The notes under the pieces: model-generated
The model's database searches: none
Told to the model about the DNA's origin: nothing
What the model saw: only the letters and a program-made list of their open reading frames with translations
Part shown: positions 32,807 to 45,400 of the stretch, in pieces
Layout: each line of letters opens with the position of its first letter
Position numbering within the stretch: the stretch's first letter is position 1
Program-made: the position numbers and the translations under genes
Assembly: GCA_020184695.1 (NCBI GenBank)
Contig: JAANOX010000238.1
Coordinates: forward strand, 434,001 to 498,000
DNA: 64,000 bases
Direction of reading: 5' to 3'
Source of the DNA: Histomonas meleagridis 2922-C6/04-290x
Taxonomy: Eukaryota > Protista > Parabasalia

Positions 32807-33886
32807 ATGTACGAAAATGATTCTTCAGTAAAGCTTGAAGCTACAGAAAAACTTTTAAAACAACGCGAAATTGATTGCAAGGAATACCAACAACGTATAC
32901 AAGAATTGGAACATATTGTTCAAAATTATGAAAAAAATGAACCAGAAGTTGGTGAATTTAAAGATGATCAAATTACATATCTTCAAAATAAATTAAATTC
33001 TGCAATGGAACATATAGAGTACTTACAGCAACGATATTTAAAAGTAAATGCAAAAAGACATTCAATTCAACAAAAATTTTTGCTCTTTAAAAATTCAACA
33101 CAGCCTCAACGCCAAAACTCACAAATCGAAGAAGAAAACATTAAACTCGAAACAGATATCCACAAATTAAAACAATCAAATGATGAAAATACAAAAATCA
33201 TAAATGAACTTAAATCAAATCTTGATCAACAAATATCCGAAAACCAACGTTTACGTCAAGTTGCTCTTGAAAAATTTGATATTCTTCAACAAAAACTTCG
33301 AAATGCTCGAGATGATAATCCTACAGATCTCCAAAAACTCAAAAACGAGATATTTTCCAAGGACAAAGAAATCGAATCTTTAGTTACAACAATTCAATCT
33401 CTCGAAGAATCGATGCATATGGTTAAAGAAACTAATGATGAATTTATCCAATCAATTGGTTTAATTCTTGGTCGTGATTCACTTGAAGGGATTGTTGAAA
33501 GGATTAAAGAGCTTTCGCCGTTGCAGGTTGAAAACAGCAAGCTCAAAGCACAAATTCAAGAAATGCAAATGCAAGGTAATATAAATCAAGATGAAGCATA
33601 TATGGCAATTGTTGACTCGCTAAAGAAGGTTCGTGATAATATTGATCCGAATGTTCTTCACTTAAAACCAGATTCTTCTTTAAGACAATTTTTTGCATCA
33701 TTCTATAATTTGATAAATGCGGCTCTTAAGTCAAACGCGTCACAAACAATACTGTTACCCCATGTAAGGGCTGTCGTATGGGAGGCAAGGGCGTTCTCCA
33801 CTGATTCAAAGCCTTCGTCGTTTGCTGACAACGTGCAAAGAAAACCGCCGCCGATAGACGAACCTCCTGCGAAAAGTATGATTTAA
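32807..33886 (+). CDS. Coiled-coil protein, 359 aa
   Basis: Long ATG ORF with a heptad pattern and a short helical C-terminal domain. Confidence 0.8.
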   Translation: MYENDSSVKLEATEKLLKQREIDCKEYQQRIQELEHIVQNYEKNEPEVGEFKDDQITYLQNKLNSAMEHIEYLQQRYLKVNAKRHSIQQKFLLFKNSTQPQRQNSQIEEENIKLETDIHKLKQSNDENTKIINELKSNLDQQISENQRLRQVALEKFDILQQKLRNARDDNPTDLQKLKNEIFSKDKEIESLVTTIQSLEESMHMVKETNDEFIQSIGLILGRDSLEGIVERIKELSPLQVENSKLKAQIQEMQMQGNINQDEAYMAIVDSLKKVRDNIDPNVLHLKPDSSLRQFFASFYNLINAALKSNASQTILLPHVRAVVWEARAFSTDSKPSSFADNVQRKPPPIDEPPAKSMI

Positions 33887-34548
33887 TAAAGATATGTGTA
33901 CTAACAAAAGTTTTACTTAGATGCAAATGAGTTTTTAAGCATAGTTATCATTTGGGGACAAAATCATGTTTTCATCACAATGGTGTTGATGATTGTTTTA
34001 TGAAATCACTTGCAATGGATTTAAAATGCATTTTAACAATGGTGATTTTCTATTCGGATCATTTCCGTAATCTTCGCTAAAGTCAGGAGGAAGAAGTGCT
34101 CCATGCATACTGTGACCCATGTTCTTGCAATGAAAGGTCAATCACCTATAGAACGAATTGCGTAACCAATAACTTTTTATGTCATGACATTAGTGATAAA
34201 GTTGTAATTAATTATCTTATTTTTTTTTTATAAACTGTTTTTGTCTTTTGGCATTGTTACATCTTCTTTAACTCTTTTTTTGTATATGTGTTTGTCTGAA
34301 TAATATTATTGATGATTTTCAATTCAAATATCAACAGACTTTAAACGTAGGTATGTAAGAAAACATAAAAAGAAACTCTAAGGTCATTTGGATTGGATGC
34401 AGAGAATTCTATGTGTTTTAGATTCATGTTCTTTTAATGCTACAAAAACTTCTGGTAAGAAAATATAAAACATTTCATCATGTTTTTCTGTGTTTAGAAT
34501 TTGTAATAATGTTAACATAACATATCAGATCCTTATTTTGCTCATTAT

Positions 34549-35590
34549 ATGTCAAAAGAAAACATCGAAAAATTAAAATTCTTTCAACATCATAAAGAAC
34601 TTTTAAAGAATGATTTTGAACTTCATAAGCAATTAATTAAAGTAAGAGTAAATCAAAATGAAATTGCAAAAATAATTCGAAATGATGAAATCGAAAAACT
34701 TCAAGAAATATCATCACAATCACATTTTGATTTTGATCAAAGTATTAAACCATTTTTATGGAAGATGTTCATTTGTTAATGATTATGCTTCGTTGATTGA
34801 TTATGCAGCATTTTTTGGATCAGTTAAATGTTTTAAATATTTACTTGTGAATGGTGCATATGTTACATTCCCCAGAGATTATGCAATTGCAGGTGGAAAT
34901 GAAGAAATTATTCATTTATGTGAACAAAATCATTCGAAATTTGAAAAAATATATGAAATAGCAATTGAATTTCATCGGAATGATATCTTTAAATATTTTT
35001 ATGAAAATAAAATTAAAGAAATTAATAATTTAGAAGAGTTAGGAAAGCTTTGTATTGTTCATCATAACTATGAAATTTTTTCATTTTTACAAGAAGAAGG
35101 AATGAAAGTTACTGATGAAATTATAAATGAATCAATTGGAATTTTTATTATAAAGCTTGAATTTTATTAAGTATATTTCAAACTAAGCTTATGCTTGTAT
35201 TTACAAATTGTGATACAGAAACAGTTAAATTACTTCTTGAAGAAAAAGGATTTGATACCTAAAGATATTTATTTGTTTTATTTAAAATTTATTATAATAA
35301 TTTTTTGTTTCAAAATTATATTTGGAAATTATTTATATTATTTAGAACAGAACTTATAGAAGCATCTAGAAATGGTCATATAGAAATATTTAAATTACTT
35401 CTTGAACAAAAAGGAATTGACATTAATACTAAAGATATATATTTGTTTTATTCAAAATTTGTTATAATAATTTAATATATCAATATAATATTTGGATATT
35501 ATTTAAATTATTTAGAACTGCATATATGTATGCATCCTCAAGTGGCAAAACAGAAATAGTTAAATTACTTCTTGAACAAGAATAATAGAT
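34549..35590 (+). pseudogene. Ankyrin-family gene (5'-truncated or frameshifted) with 17-nt-quantised inserts
   Basis: FELHKQLIK...IIRNDEIEKLQEIS...LIDYAAFFGSVKCFKYLL matches the 50145 gene. Inserts lie at 35165-35181 (17 nt), 35270-35346 and 35440-35516 (each 51+9+17). There is a frameshift near 34760 and a 5-nt deletion near 35260. Confidence 0.8.
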
Positions 35591-36229
35591 AATAATCCGA
35601 AAGGTATTTCCTAGCTAAATAATTTGATATTTCAAAATTAGCTAAACTATGAACTCAAATTCTATTTAAAAAAAAATAAGAAAGAATTTGGTTATTAGTC
35701 CATAAGCATAACTGTGCTTGCATATATTATAATTTTAAAAATGGAATAAAAAAAAAAAACAATTTCGAAATTTCTCATCAAGTAAAATTTAAATTTATGT
35801 TAATCAAATTAATTTGTGTCAAAAATAGAAAAAATCAGATTTTACAAGATACAATTTTCATAAAAAATATCAATAAAAAAATTGAAACTATTTTGAAATA
35901 ATTGAGTTTTTAATTTAAAATGATCATTGTTAAATTGTGTTTCTTGAAAGCAATATGGAATTATTTGATCAAAAATACAAAAAAGCTCTTGCTAAATTTC
36001 GACAATTAAAAGCAGAAAGACGTAAATGATGCAATATGCGCTTAATGAACAAGAAGGTTATATTATTGCCTGAGCTTAGGCCCCACATATACCAGAAAAG
36101 AGAGAACTAAGATCTGAACTGTTGGAATTTGAACCTGAAATTGAAAAGAAAGATCGACTTAAGGTATCAAATCTATTCATAATCAAATGCACTTGCATAT
36201 AAGATTGAAATTCAACGAGGGAATAAGAC

Positions 36230-36545
36230 AACAAAGAAGAAGAAAATAAAATAAGTGTCGTTAAACTAATTTCAATTTTTATCAAACGTATAACTAAAAT
36301 CAACACACAAGAATCATATTATTTAATCGAACAAATGATTGAACAAAATTTAATTAATAAAAATATCACTAAAAATATTAATTCAAAATATTTTTCTCAT
36401 TATAAAGCAAAAGAAGAAAACCAAAGCCAAAACCAAAACCACATGGCAACTATGGTCTAATGGAAATGATCCAATAGAAAGATACTTTAGGGATCATTAT
36501 GAAGAACTATCAAAGAATGATTGGGAACTTCATAAGAAATATAAT
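36230..36545 (+). pseudogene. Ankyrin-family N-terminal remnant leading into duplication copy 2
   Basis: TQESYYLIEQMIEQNLINKNITKNINSKYFSHY...RDHYEELSKNDWELHKKY. Confidence 0.7.
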
Positions 36546-37051
36546 GGTTTAAATAATTTCGGCTTAAATAATAACTTTCCAATTAATCTTTGATTAATTT
36601 CTTCATCAATATTACTTGTGATATAAATTCGATCGAATATTAACGTCGATAAAAATGAATGAAATCGAAATATATCAAATTATTTGTTTCGTTAACTTTT
36701 TTTCATCATGACAAATGTGGTCGAAATGTCTAATAAAGAATTTGAAAGTGGTAAACACTGTTTGCTGACATGGAACAAATTCAAGTACCTACTTTGAATG
36801 CATCATAAAATTAGTGTGAAGCTCCCATATATAAAAATTTAAAATAAAAAGATGGAGCATTATTTTTTTGTGTATCAAGTTATCTTCATCTGCTTAATTT
36901 AGTGAAATTAATTCTTTTTGAAGAAATCTGTAATATCTTTTAAAGAATTCAAACAACAAGTGTTATCTCTTTAGCTTTGGATAAACAACAGAATTTCGAT
37001 ACGAGTTTTTGTTTACTTTATTCTAATTTAAAAAGTTGTTTCCTCCCCAAA

Positions 37052-37735
37052 ATGGGGGCAATCCAAAGCACAATTTACTCTGTTCGATCTCGTAATGATG
37101 ATGGACACGTTATAAGAGATAGGTGGGGGCGATTCAAGGGTTATATCACAGGATTAGCACCAATTGGTGAAACAAATAACGATCCTAATACAATAAAGAA
37201 GGTCACTATCATAGGTTACGGCACAACAGGAAAAACAACAACCCTCTGTAAGTTTTTGAAAGGCGTTTATCATCATGGTGATTATCATCCAACGAAAATA
37301 GCTGAAGCCTAAAATGACAAGAAAATATGCCTTTGGGATACGTCAGGAGATGAGCAATATTCAGCTCTTATCCCAATCTATACCCTTGGTTCGGATAAGC
37401 TTATTATGGTTTTTAGTCCTGATCAACCAAATTCTTTGAAAACTATTGATCCAGAAAGAGACTATCGGATTTATAGTTGGCAATGCGAAATCATTATAGT
37501 GTATAATGAAAAAAGAGATAAATCTTATGAAAAATACTTTACATTAGATGATTTAAAAGCGAAATGCGAAACATATATGGGAGGAAAGTATCATTATAAA
37601 ATATTTGAAGTTTCGTTGCTCGAAAATATAAACACTGAGTCACTAATTGAAGAAATTCTATATTTAGATAATTTCCGGAAAGATCTTTTGTGGGTGTGTC
37701 GCGACAAGATCTATACATTATTGTACTCATGTTGA
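37052..37735 (+). pseudogene. Divergent small GTPase, copy 2 (intact MGAIQS start, internal in-frame TAA, altered C-terminus)
   Basis: GCC TAA AAT GAC replaces GCC TTT TTT TTA AAT GAC. There is an extra ACA codon after the P-loop, and a deletion of about 29 nt removes the copy-1 stop. Confidence 0.75.
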
Positions 37736-39216
37736 AATTAAATGAATATGCTATAGTAAATAAATGCGATCTGATTTAAATGATAACCAAAAGTCTGATA
37801 AAACTTTTTGTAAAATAATTCACTCGAAACTGATCGTTTTTGATTATGGGAAATGATATCATCATGATCCGTTTATTTTTGTAACCAAACGGTTGCCAAG
37901 CGAAATATTAATTTGAACTCAAAAAAATGCCTTCACTTTGTATGGCCGAAATCCCGAATACCAGTGAAATTAAAATCACGAAGAATTTAGATGGCAATAA
38001 AAAACTCAAAGATTTTTGTATCAAAAGAGGAATCGATATGAATGAAAACTATATTTGTTTTAACATTATTGGGTTTAATATAAAAATATAAAATATATTC
38101 GATACATTTGAATCAGCACTTATATGGGCATCTTATGGTTGTGTTACAGATATAATTCAATTACTTCTTGAACAAGAAGGGATTGATATTAATGCTCAAG
38201 ATATTTATTTGTTTTATTTTGTATTTTTTATAATAATTTGATATTTCAAAATAATATTTGGAAATTATTTAAATTATTTTACACAGCACTTATTTTAGCA
38301 TCTTGGAATGGTTATACAGAAATAGTTAAATTACTTCTTGAACAAAAAGATATTTTATAAAAAATAAAGAAATAAGAAAAAATTGGGGTATTATGCCATA
38401 AGTATAAATATGTTTGCATATGTTTTAATTTGAATAATGATTGAAAAGTTTCCTATCAAGTACAAATATTTTTGTTAATCATATAGTTTTCTGTTAACAA
38501 TTGCAATAATTGAATTATACATATCACAATTTTCATGAAAATATAAAAATAATAATTGGAACTTTCGAATTTTGGATAATTGATTTTTTGATTTAAAGGG
38601 ATCATAATTTGTTTGTTTTTCTTAAACGCACTATGGAATTAAAGCTTCTTGATCAAAATCTTTTTTAAAACATTTTGTAACCTCAAAACAATGATTTTCT
38701 GGGTATGGGTATTGAAATTCGTTATAAAAAACGCATTTATTTCATAGATTATCTATGAAAAATTTCATTTTAATACAATTTAATGAAAATTTGGAATATC
38801 ATTTTATGCGGATTATTTTCAAAAATAATTCATTATATCATTGATATAATATATTAATCGAATTATTATATAATATTATTGAATAAAATATTTCATAATA
38901 TGAACATAAACAAGAATAAAGTTATTTAAAAAATTCAAATATGTATTCAAATTGACCTGTTCACTTCACTTTCATTAGAAACGAACATTTTCCGGATATT
39001 TACTCTCAATACTGTTCCGTTTTAACTGAAATATTTCTATGATTATTGGCGGTTCGCGTACTCAAATCCAGTTTTGAATGAATTCAACCACATCGACTCA
39101 AAATTTTCCATCAAAGTTGTTTGAGTTGGTTCAAAATTTGTTTTTGCGAAACGTTTTGTTTAACAAATGAAAAACTATAAGAAATTAAAACAAATATGAA
39201 TACATTTTTATGCATG

Positions 39217-39800
39217 TTATTCTTCTGGTAAAGCTTTCTTCATTTCATCAAATGAATCAGAGTTATCTTCATTTTGATGACTTTCTACGTTTGTTCCATA
39301 TTTATAGATAGCATCACCATAATCTTCATTTTGCCAGAGAATCGGAAGAGGTTCTGTCGAAATATTATTGGATGGTGTAAGGTCATTACTTTGTAAAAAA
39401 ACAAAAACTGGTATGAATCTGAATCTGAATCTGAATACGATGAGTTTGTATCAAGTTTTTTGATTTCATTTCTTGGTCTCAATTTATCTGTTTGCATATC
39501 TAAAACTCGTGCAATTTCTCGTGAAATGGTTTGATCTTCTTTCTTAAATAAATCCTCAATATTCTGAATTTTACTGACAATTTTACATTCAATGATATCA
39601 CCATTTTTAATTCCTTGTTTAATTAAAGTTTCATCAGGATTTAAAACTATTCCATTAAAAAATAAATAAACCTTTTCATTTTCAAAACAAGAAAATTGTA
39701 ATAAATCTGATAATCTTTCTGCTGTACATGATTTATGTATAAGGACAGGAATGATTGCACCAGGAAGCCATTGGATATTTATCTTTAATTCTCCTTCCAT
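39217..39800 (-). pseudogene. Ubiquitin-like-domain protein, copy 2 (intact N-terminus, frameshift in an A/T run near 39395)
   Basis: MEGELKINIQWLPGAIIPVLI...VYLFFNGIVLNPDETLIKQGIKNGDIIEC is a UBL-fold pattern. Confidence 0.7.
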
Positions 39801-40687
39801 CTGGCTTTTGTGGGTAACGGTCTATTCTGGACAGATTCTATCAAAAATAATCGTATCAATTGAACTTTGAGATGTACGGTTCTTTTCAAATATTCAATTC
39901 AAACAAAATCAATCTGACTCTGTCAAATTTGAAAGGACCCGTTTGCAAACAAGACTTAAAACTTTTTTCCAATATTATTGTAAATATTATTCAAAAACAT
40001 GATTTAGATATCTAAATTCACATAATTTATAAGGGAATTAAATTAATTTTTTTTCGAAAACAAAAAATTGTTACAGGAACTAAGATCAAAGTTTTGCAAA
40101 ACTCATGATGAAATGACTGATCCCATATAAAATGAGTTGAGTAATATCTATTATTTCACCCATTTTATAAAAATTCTTTAATTCTCTAGGAGAATGTTTT
40201 AAAATCAGTGATCAATTGATCAAACCTATCAAATTTATATTTTATTAAAAAAAAAAAGTATAAAAATTTCTATTTTGCAATCCGATCAATGCTAAATTTA
40301 TCAATTAATTAGTTAATTAAAATTTTTAAAAAACAATTAAATTAAAAAATAATTTGCAAAGACGTCATCATCATGTTTCAATTTAAAAAATTCTAAGTAT
40401 TCTTTCTAACCTTATAATATGAAAATAATACTATAATATTTACTATATTTTCCATTAATTAATTTCTAATGCATAATATAATAAATTGTTGAAAACATAT
40501 AATAACTTTTAAAAATTTAAAGATTTTCAAATAATTTCCTCTAATACTGCTTGATTTAATGTTGAAGATAGTTTTTTATTCTTTTTCCATTTTCTATATT
40601 AATTGAGCACTTTGCATTTTTTATAAACTAATCAATTTTGATTGAAATTTACGGTTTTATTAAGCAAAAAAGTTTTATTTTGGCGCC

Positions 40688-41392
40688 ATGTCGAATCCTG
40701 CAAATCTGCTCTTGGAAAAATCTTTTATGGCTATTGCTGGTAATAACCCTGACCCAGAGAAGATAAAAGCTGAAGCATGCGAAGTTATAACAAATTATAT
40801 GGCTCAAATTATTACACCAGATGATGCTAATGCGCGTCTTGAAGCAATTACTGGAACCTCAGATGCAGTACAAAGAATTAATGAAGTACTTCAACAGTAT
40901 CAATTCCCAGACCCAATTCCTCAAAATGTATACCAAACAATTCCTCAAATTCCTGGTTTCAGGAAAAGGTCAAATCCGTGGACCGAAGAAGAGGATGAGA
41001 GATTGAAAACAGCAATACATGTACACGGTTCTGATAATTGGTCTATTATTGCAACATTTGTAGGAGGAGGAAGAACGAAATCTCAATGCAGCCAGAGGTG
41101 GCGCCGTGTCCTTGATCCTAAAATTAACAAAAGTAATTGGACAAAGGAAGAAGAGGAAAAATTAATAGAAGCCGTAAAATCATTTGGAACCAAAGCTTGG
41201 ACACGGATAGCTTCAGAGATGGGTAACAGAAGTGATGTTCAATGCCGTTTCAGATATAACTTTTTACAGAAAAAAGCTGCTCTTAATCGAACTGATATAA
41301 TTCCAATTGCAACGCTTCAAGCAGATAACATAGAATCAAGTTTACAACCAGAAAATGTTCAAGGTGAAGAACAATTGGAAAGTAAGGAATAA
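40688..41392 (+). CDS. R2R3 Myb DNA-binding protein, 234 aa
   Basis: PWTEEEDERL...RTKSQCSQRWRRVLDPKINKSNWTKEEEEKL...NRSDVQCRFRY. Confidence 0.95.
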   Translation: MSNPANLLLEKSFMAIAGNNPDPEKIKAEACEVITNYMAQIITPDDANARLEAITGTSDAVQRINEVLQQYQFPDPIPQNVYQTIPQIPGFRKRSNPWTEEEDERLKTAIHVHGSDNWSIIATFVGGGRTKSQCSQRWRRVLDPKINKSNWTKEEEEKLIEAVKSFGTKAWTRIASEMGNRSDVQCRFRYNFLQKKAALNRTDIIPIATLQADNIESSLQPENVQGEEQLESKE

Positions 41393-41531
41393 ACATTTTA
41401 ATATCGTATATTTTAAGATCATAAAAAAATGTCATTTTGTTCCAATAAATTTTCAATTAACATAGTAATTCGATTTTTATGAAAACTTTTTATAATAATT
41501 CTTTAATATAATATTTTGTTGAAAATCGTGA

Positions 41532-41604
41532 GCTTCTGTAGCCCAGTGGTTAGAGCGTTCGCCTAGTAAGCGGAAGATCGCGAGTTCGACTCTCGCCAGA
41601 AGCA
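41532..41604 (+). tRNA. tRNA-Thr(AGT): tRNA-Thr, anticodon AGT
   Basis: Acceptor stem GCTTCTG/CAGAAGC, D-loop AGTGGTTA, anticodon stem TTCGC/GCGGA with loop CT-AGT-AA, T-arm GCGAG-TTCGACT-CTCGC, 73 nt, followed by a T-run (Pol III terminator). Confidence 0.97.
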
Positions 41605-41647
41605 ATTTTTTGTTTTTATATCTTTAGTCACTTTTTTTGAATTCAAA

Positions 41648-42250
41648 ATGAGCAAAAAAACTGATGTTTCCCTTCCAACATTAGCAAAAATGAAAATTAT
41701 GCTCGTAGGAGACAGTTCGGTAGGCAAATCGTCTCTTCTTGATAGATACATTAACAATCAATTTTCTGAACAAAAACCAACACTTGGAATTGATTATGCA
41801 TCAAAACGATTAGATGTAAAAAATATTCCAACATATGTTCATTTTTGGGATCCTTCTGGAGATGATATGTATTTTGAAATTAGAAATGAATTTTATCAAG
41901 AATCTGATGGAATAATTCTATGTTATGATTGCTCCAATAAAGAAACTTTTAACAAGCTTAGTAATTGGATTGATGAGGGAAATAAGAATAAGGCAAATTG
42001 GTCATCAATGATTATTGTTGGCAACAAATCAGATTTAGGAAAATCTGTTTCTATTGAAGAAGCAAATGCATTTGCGAAAAGACTTGGAGCTCAAAGTTTC
42101 CAAGTTTCCTCTAAAACTGGTGAAGGTGTTGAATCTGCAGTCAATACACTCCTTGAAATTATTCAAAAGAAACGCGACAACGCTTATATACCAGATACGA
42201 AAGTAACTAATGAAAGTAATTCTGTTGGTAAAAAACATAGAAAAATGTAA
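41648..42250 (+). CDS. RJL-family (Rab-like, DNAJC27-related) small GTPase, 200 aa
   Basis: GDSSVGKS, PTLGIDY, WDPSGD, YFEIRNEFY (RJL-type motif), NKSD and SSK. No C-terminal CAAX. Confidence 0.8.
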   Translation: MSKKTDVSLPTLAKMKIMLVGDSSVGKSSLLDRYINNQFSEQKPTLGIDYASKRLDVKNIPTYVHFWDPSGDDMYFEIRNEFYQESDGIILCYDCSNKETFNKLSNWIDEGNKNKANWSSMIIVGNKSDLGKSVSIEEANAFAKRLGAQSFQVSSKTGEGVESAVNTLLEIIQKKRDNAYIPDTKVTNESNSVGKKHRKM

Positions 42251-42417
42251 ATTTGATATTATTAATAAAATTTTTCATAGATATAAATTTAATGGGGAAA
42301 ATCCTCAAATGCATTAAACATATATTAAAATTTTCTAATTTTTCTCAAATCAAATTTTTAAATCCGATTTCAAATTTCCAGTTATCAAAAAAATTTATTT
42401 ATAAAGACATTTGGGCT

Positions 42418-45400
42418 TCACCACCACGGGCACCATCCCGGGTACATCAAGGCCAAATTTTCGTAATCCGTTGCCTCTTTAATTAGTTTATCCACTTGTA
42501 CCTTCACAGGAATTTTCTCACTTCCTTTATCCTTCCCTTCCAATTTCGCTTTCATACTCTCAATGACCTCAACTGACAAATTCTGTTTCGAGCTATTATT
42601 CTCAATCCATTGTAACAATGGATCATAAATGAAAGTCTCAAGCAAACCCATAATTTGTTCTCTGTTATGCCTCAACAATTTCATTATATTCTCACAGCAA
42701 CATCGAAATGTTCCTTCGATTTTAGTTGCTTCTAATGCATTAATTAACATCTTCGTTAATCGAAATGGAACTCTCTCAGGATATTTATCACGATGTCGTG
42801 CTACTTCAAAGCATGCACTAAAGTCAGTGTGTACTAATTTTGCCATTTTCCCTTTGATCATTATATTCTCTAAATGGCGATCTCCTAAACCAATTACATA
42901 TCCGACCATAGATGACATTGACAACGATGTCGTGTACATAGTTCGGCGTTGAAGCCATCGCGCGGAATCATTAGAGTTAAGAAAGATAATTTGAGACAAG
43001 TCATCTATCGGTGAGTTTTCGATTGAGTATTTAAACGCTTCAATTTTTTCGGCCTGTGTCAGCACATCAAATTTTTGATAATTAAATTTCTTTCTTGAAA
43101 TATTAATTTCGTAATTTAAATCGATTTTCTTCTTAATACGATAATCATGAATAGAGTCATATAATGTAGTACAGTTAGGTACCCATCCTAATAATCCTAT
43201 TTCACGTGTAATTGGTATAGCTTTATATGTAACTAATTGTAAATGTGATTTTAATATTAATGAACTCTGTTTAACTAGACCATTAACAAATGAAAATAAT
43301 TGCATTACACGTTCATCCAAACGCGTATCCTCATGAGATTTTAATAAATAAAAATATTTTTTACCATCCGATCCGACCATTGAAATTTGTCTCGACTTTT
43401 GTTTGCTCTTCACAATTTTGAATATGTTGTCAATTGATTGAATGGAGACTATCGGCTTATCGTATGAAAAAGTTCCCGGTATATTCAATTCGGCGTCAGA
43501 AAAATTGTGAAGAACCGGCGAGGCGTCCGTTAAAGAAATGAATTTAATTGAACTTATAATTGTTTTAATTTTATTCTGGATATTTAATAAAATATTCCAA
43601 GCTTCGATCATATAAGTTTCCTCATGTTTATTTTGATATTTTAACAAATTTTCTTTTACATTATTTATTTTTGATCCGAAATAATTAATAAACGCAATTT
43701 CATTAAAAGTTTCCGGCGATTTATTTGTAATCAAATTAATTAAAGGCAAAATTAACGAAAGAATTTCATTATAATTCTTATTTAAGTAATATTTTGAAGC
43801 TTCATTAATTTTATTCATCCAAATTTCCCACCAAGAAGCGCCGATTCGAATTATTTCATCTGTAAATTTATTAAATTTATTTATTAATGAATTAAATTTT
43901 GGTTTTAACTTTTCGACAATTTCCAATGCGTAAAACGAAGAACTCTTTAATAATATTGCCAATGAGTATAATATACATTGAGGATATTCCGAACCGATTT
44001 GTATCAACAAATTTTGTACAATTTTCTTTATCTTCGAATTATCAGCGCTCAAACGAGCGACGATTTGAGGTAACACAGGAATCCATAAATGATTTGGGAT
44101 TTTCAACAATTTCTTTTCGAATATTTCATAAATTTTTTGGTTATCACTTCGAAACAATATCGACAAAGTTTGTAATATGAAATTAAGTGGATTTTCAGTC
44201 GATTGGATTAATCCATTTATTGAAGCCTTAAAAGATTTATATAAATAAATATCATTTTTATAATCGTTCGATAGAATTAAGTTAATTTTCGCCCATGAAC
44301 GTAATACGCTTAAATCATTTGGCGTTTCTTTAATAACATCTTCAAGATATTTATACGATTCATTTAATTTGCCTTTAATTAATAACCATTTCCCAACTAA
44401 TAATTTCATTTCATGATATATTTTATTATCTTCATTCGAATTATTTTCGATTAAATTAATAATCGAATCAATCGCTTTAAAATGATTATCTTTATACCAT
44501 TCGATTTGTGCCTTATAATAATCTAATTCAACTTTATTAAATGAATTACATACATATAATACTAATTCTACAATTTCGATTTTCTTCTCTGTTAATGCAA
44601 TGTTTATTAATTTGACCCAATAATTATGTAATTTATTCGATGGAAAACATATCGATCGAATACATAAAAGTTGATATATATATAATGAATCTTCATGTAA
44701 TTGATTAAACCTTAAATTCCATAATTCTTCATTATTTAATAACTTTTGTTCTAATTCTTTACTTTCGAAATAATCCGCATTTTTTAATGAGTTTTGGATT
44801 TGTTTTATTTCAATAATGGATTCAATATCATATAATAAAGAGCCTTTTAAATAATCAGGAAATAAACGCTCTAAGTCATCACTAACTATCGGAAACAAAT
44901 GTTCATAACAATGACTTTTAAATTTATTTAAAATAGGTTCAATAGAATATATTTCATTATTAATAATTTTCTTAATTATTATTAAGAATAATGAATTAGG
45001 ATCTTCTTCATTTAATAAATCATTCGAATGTTTATTAAAGTTATTAATATCTAAAAGATTCCAATATATCGAAATATCGAAATATTTCTTTTCATTATCA
45101 TTAACAAATTTACAATTTTTATATAAATTATATAATTCATGAATACATTTCGTAATAATTTCTTTGTGTTCATTAAACTTTTCTCCATATTTCTCAAATG
45201 ATTCATCCCATATTCCTAATGATTCATTCATAAACGGAGTAATTTGTACATTAAACTTTTCGATATAATTTAAGACACCAGAAGAAGCTAAAGTTAATCC
45301 AAGTTGTTGATTAATTAAAAATAAGTTTTCGATACTTAAAGGATCACCTTTAATAAACATTTTTTCGGCTGCACGTAAAGCTAAAGGTACTAAATCGACC

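Larger units (their letters stand above)
36496..39922 (+). repeat. Segmental duplication, copy 2
   Basis: Direct repeat of 19422-22882, offset about 17.04-17.07 kb. Confidence 0.95.
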
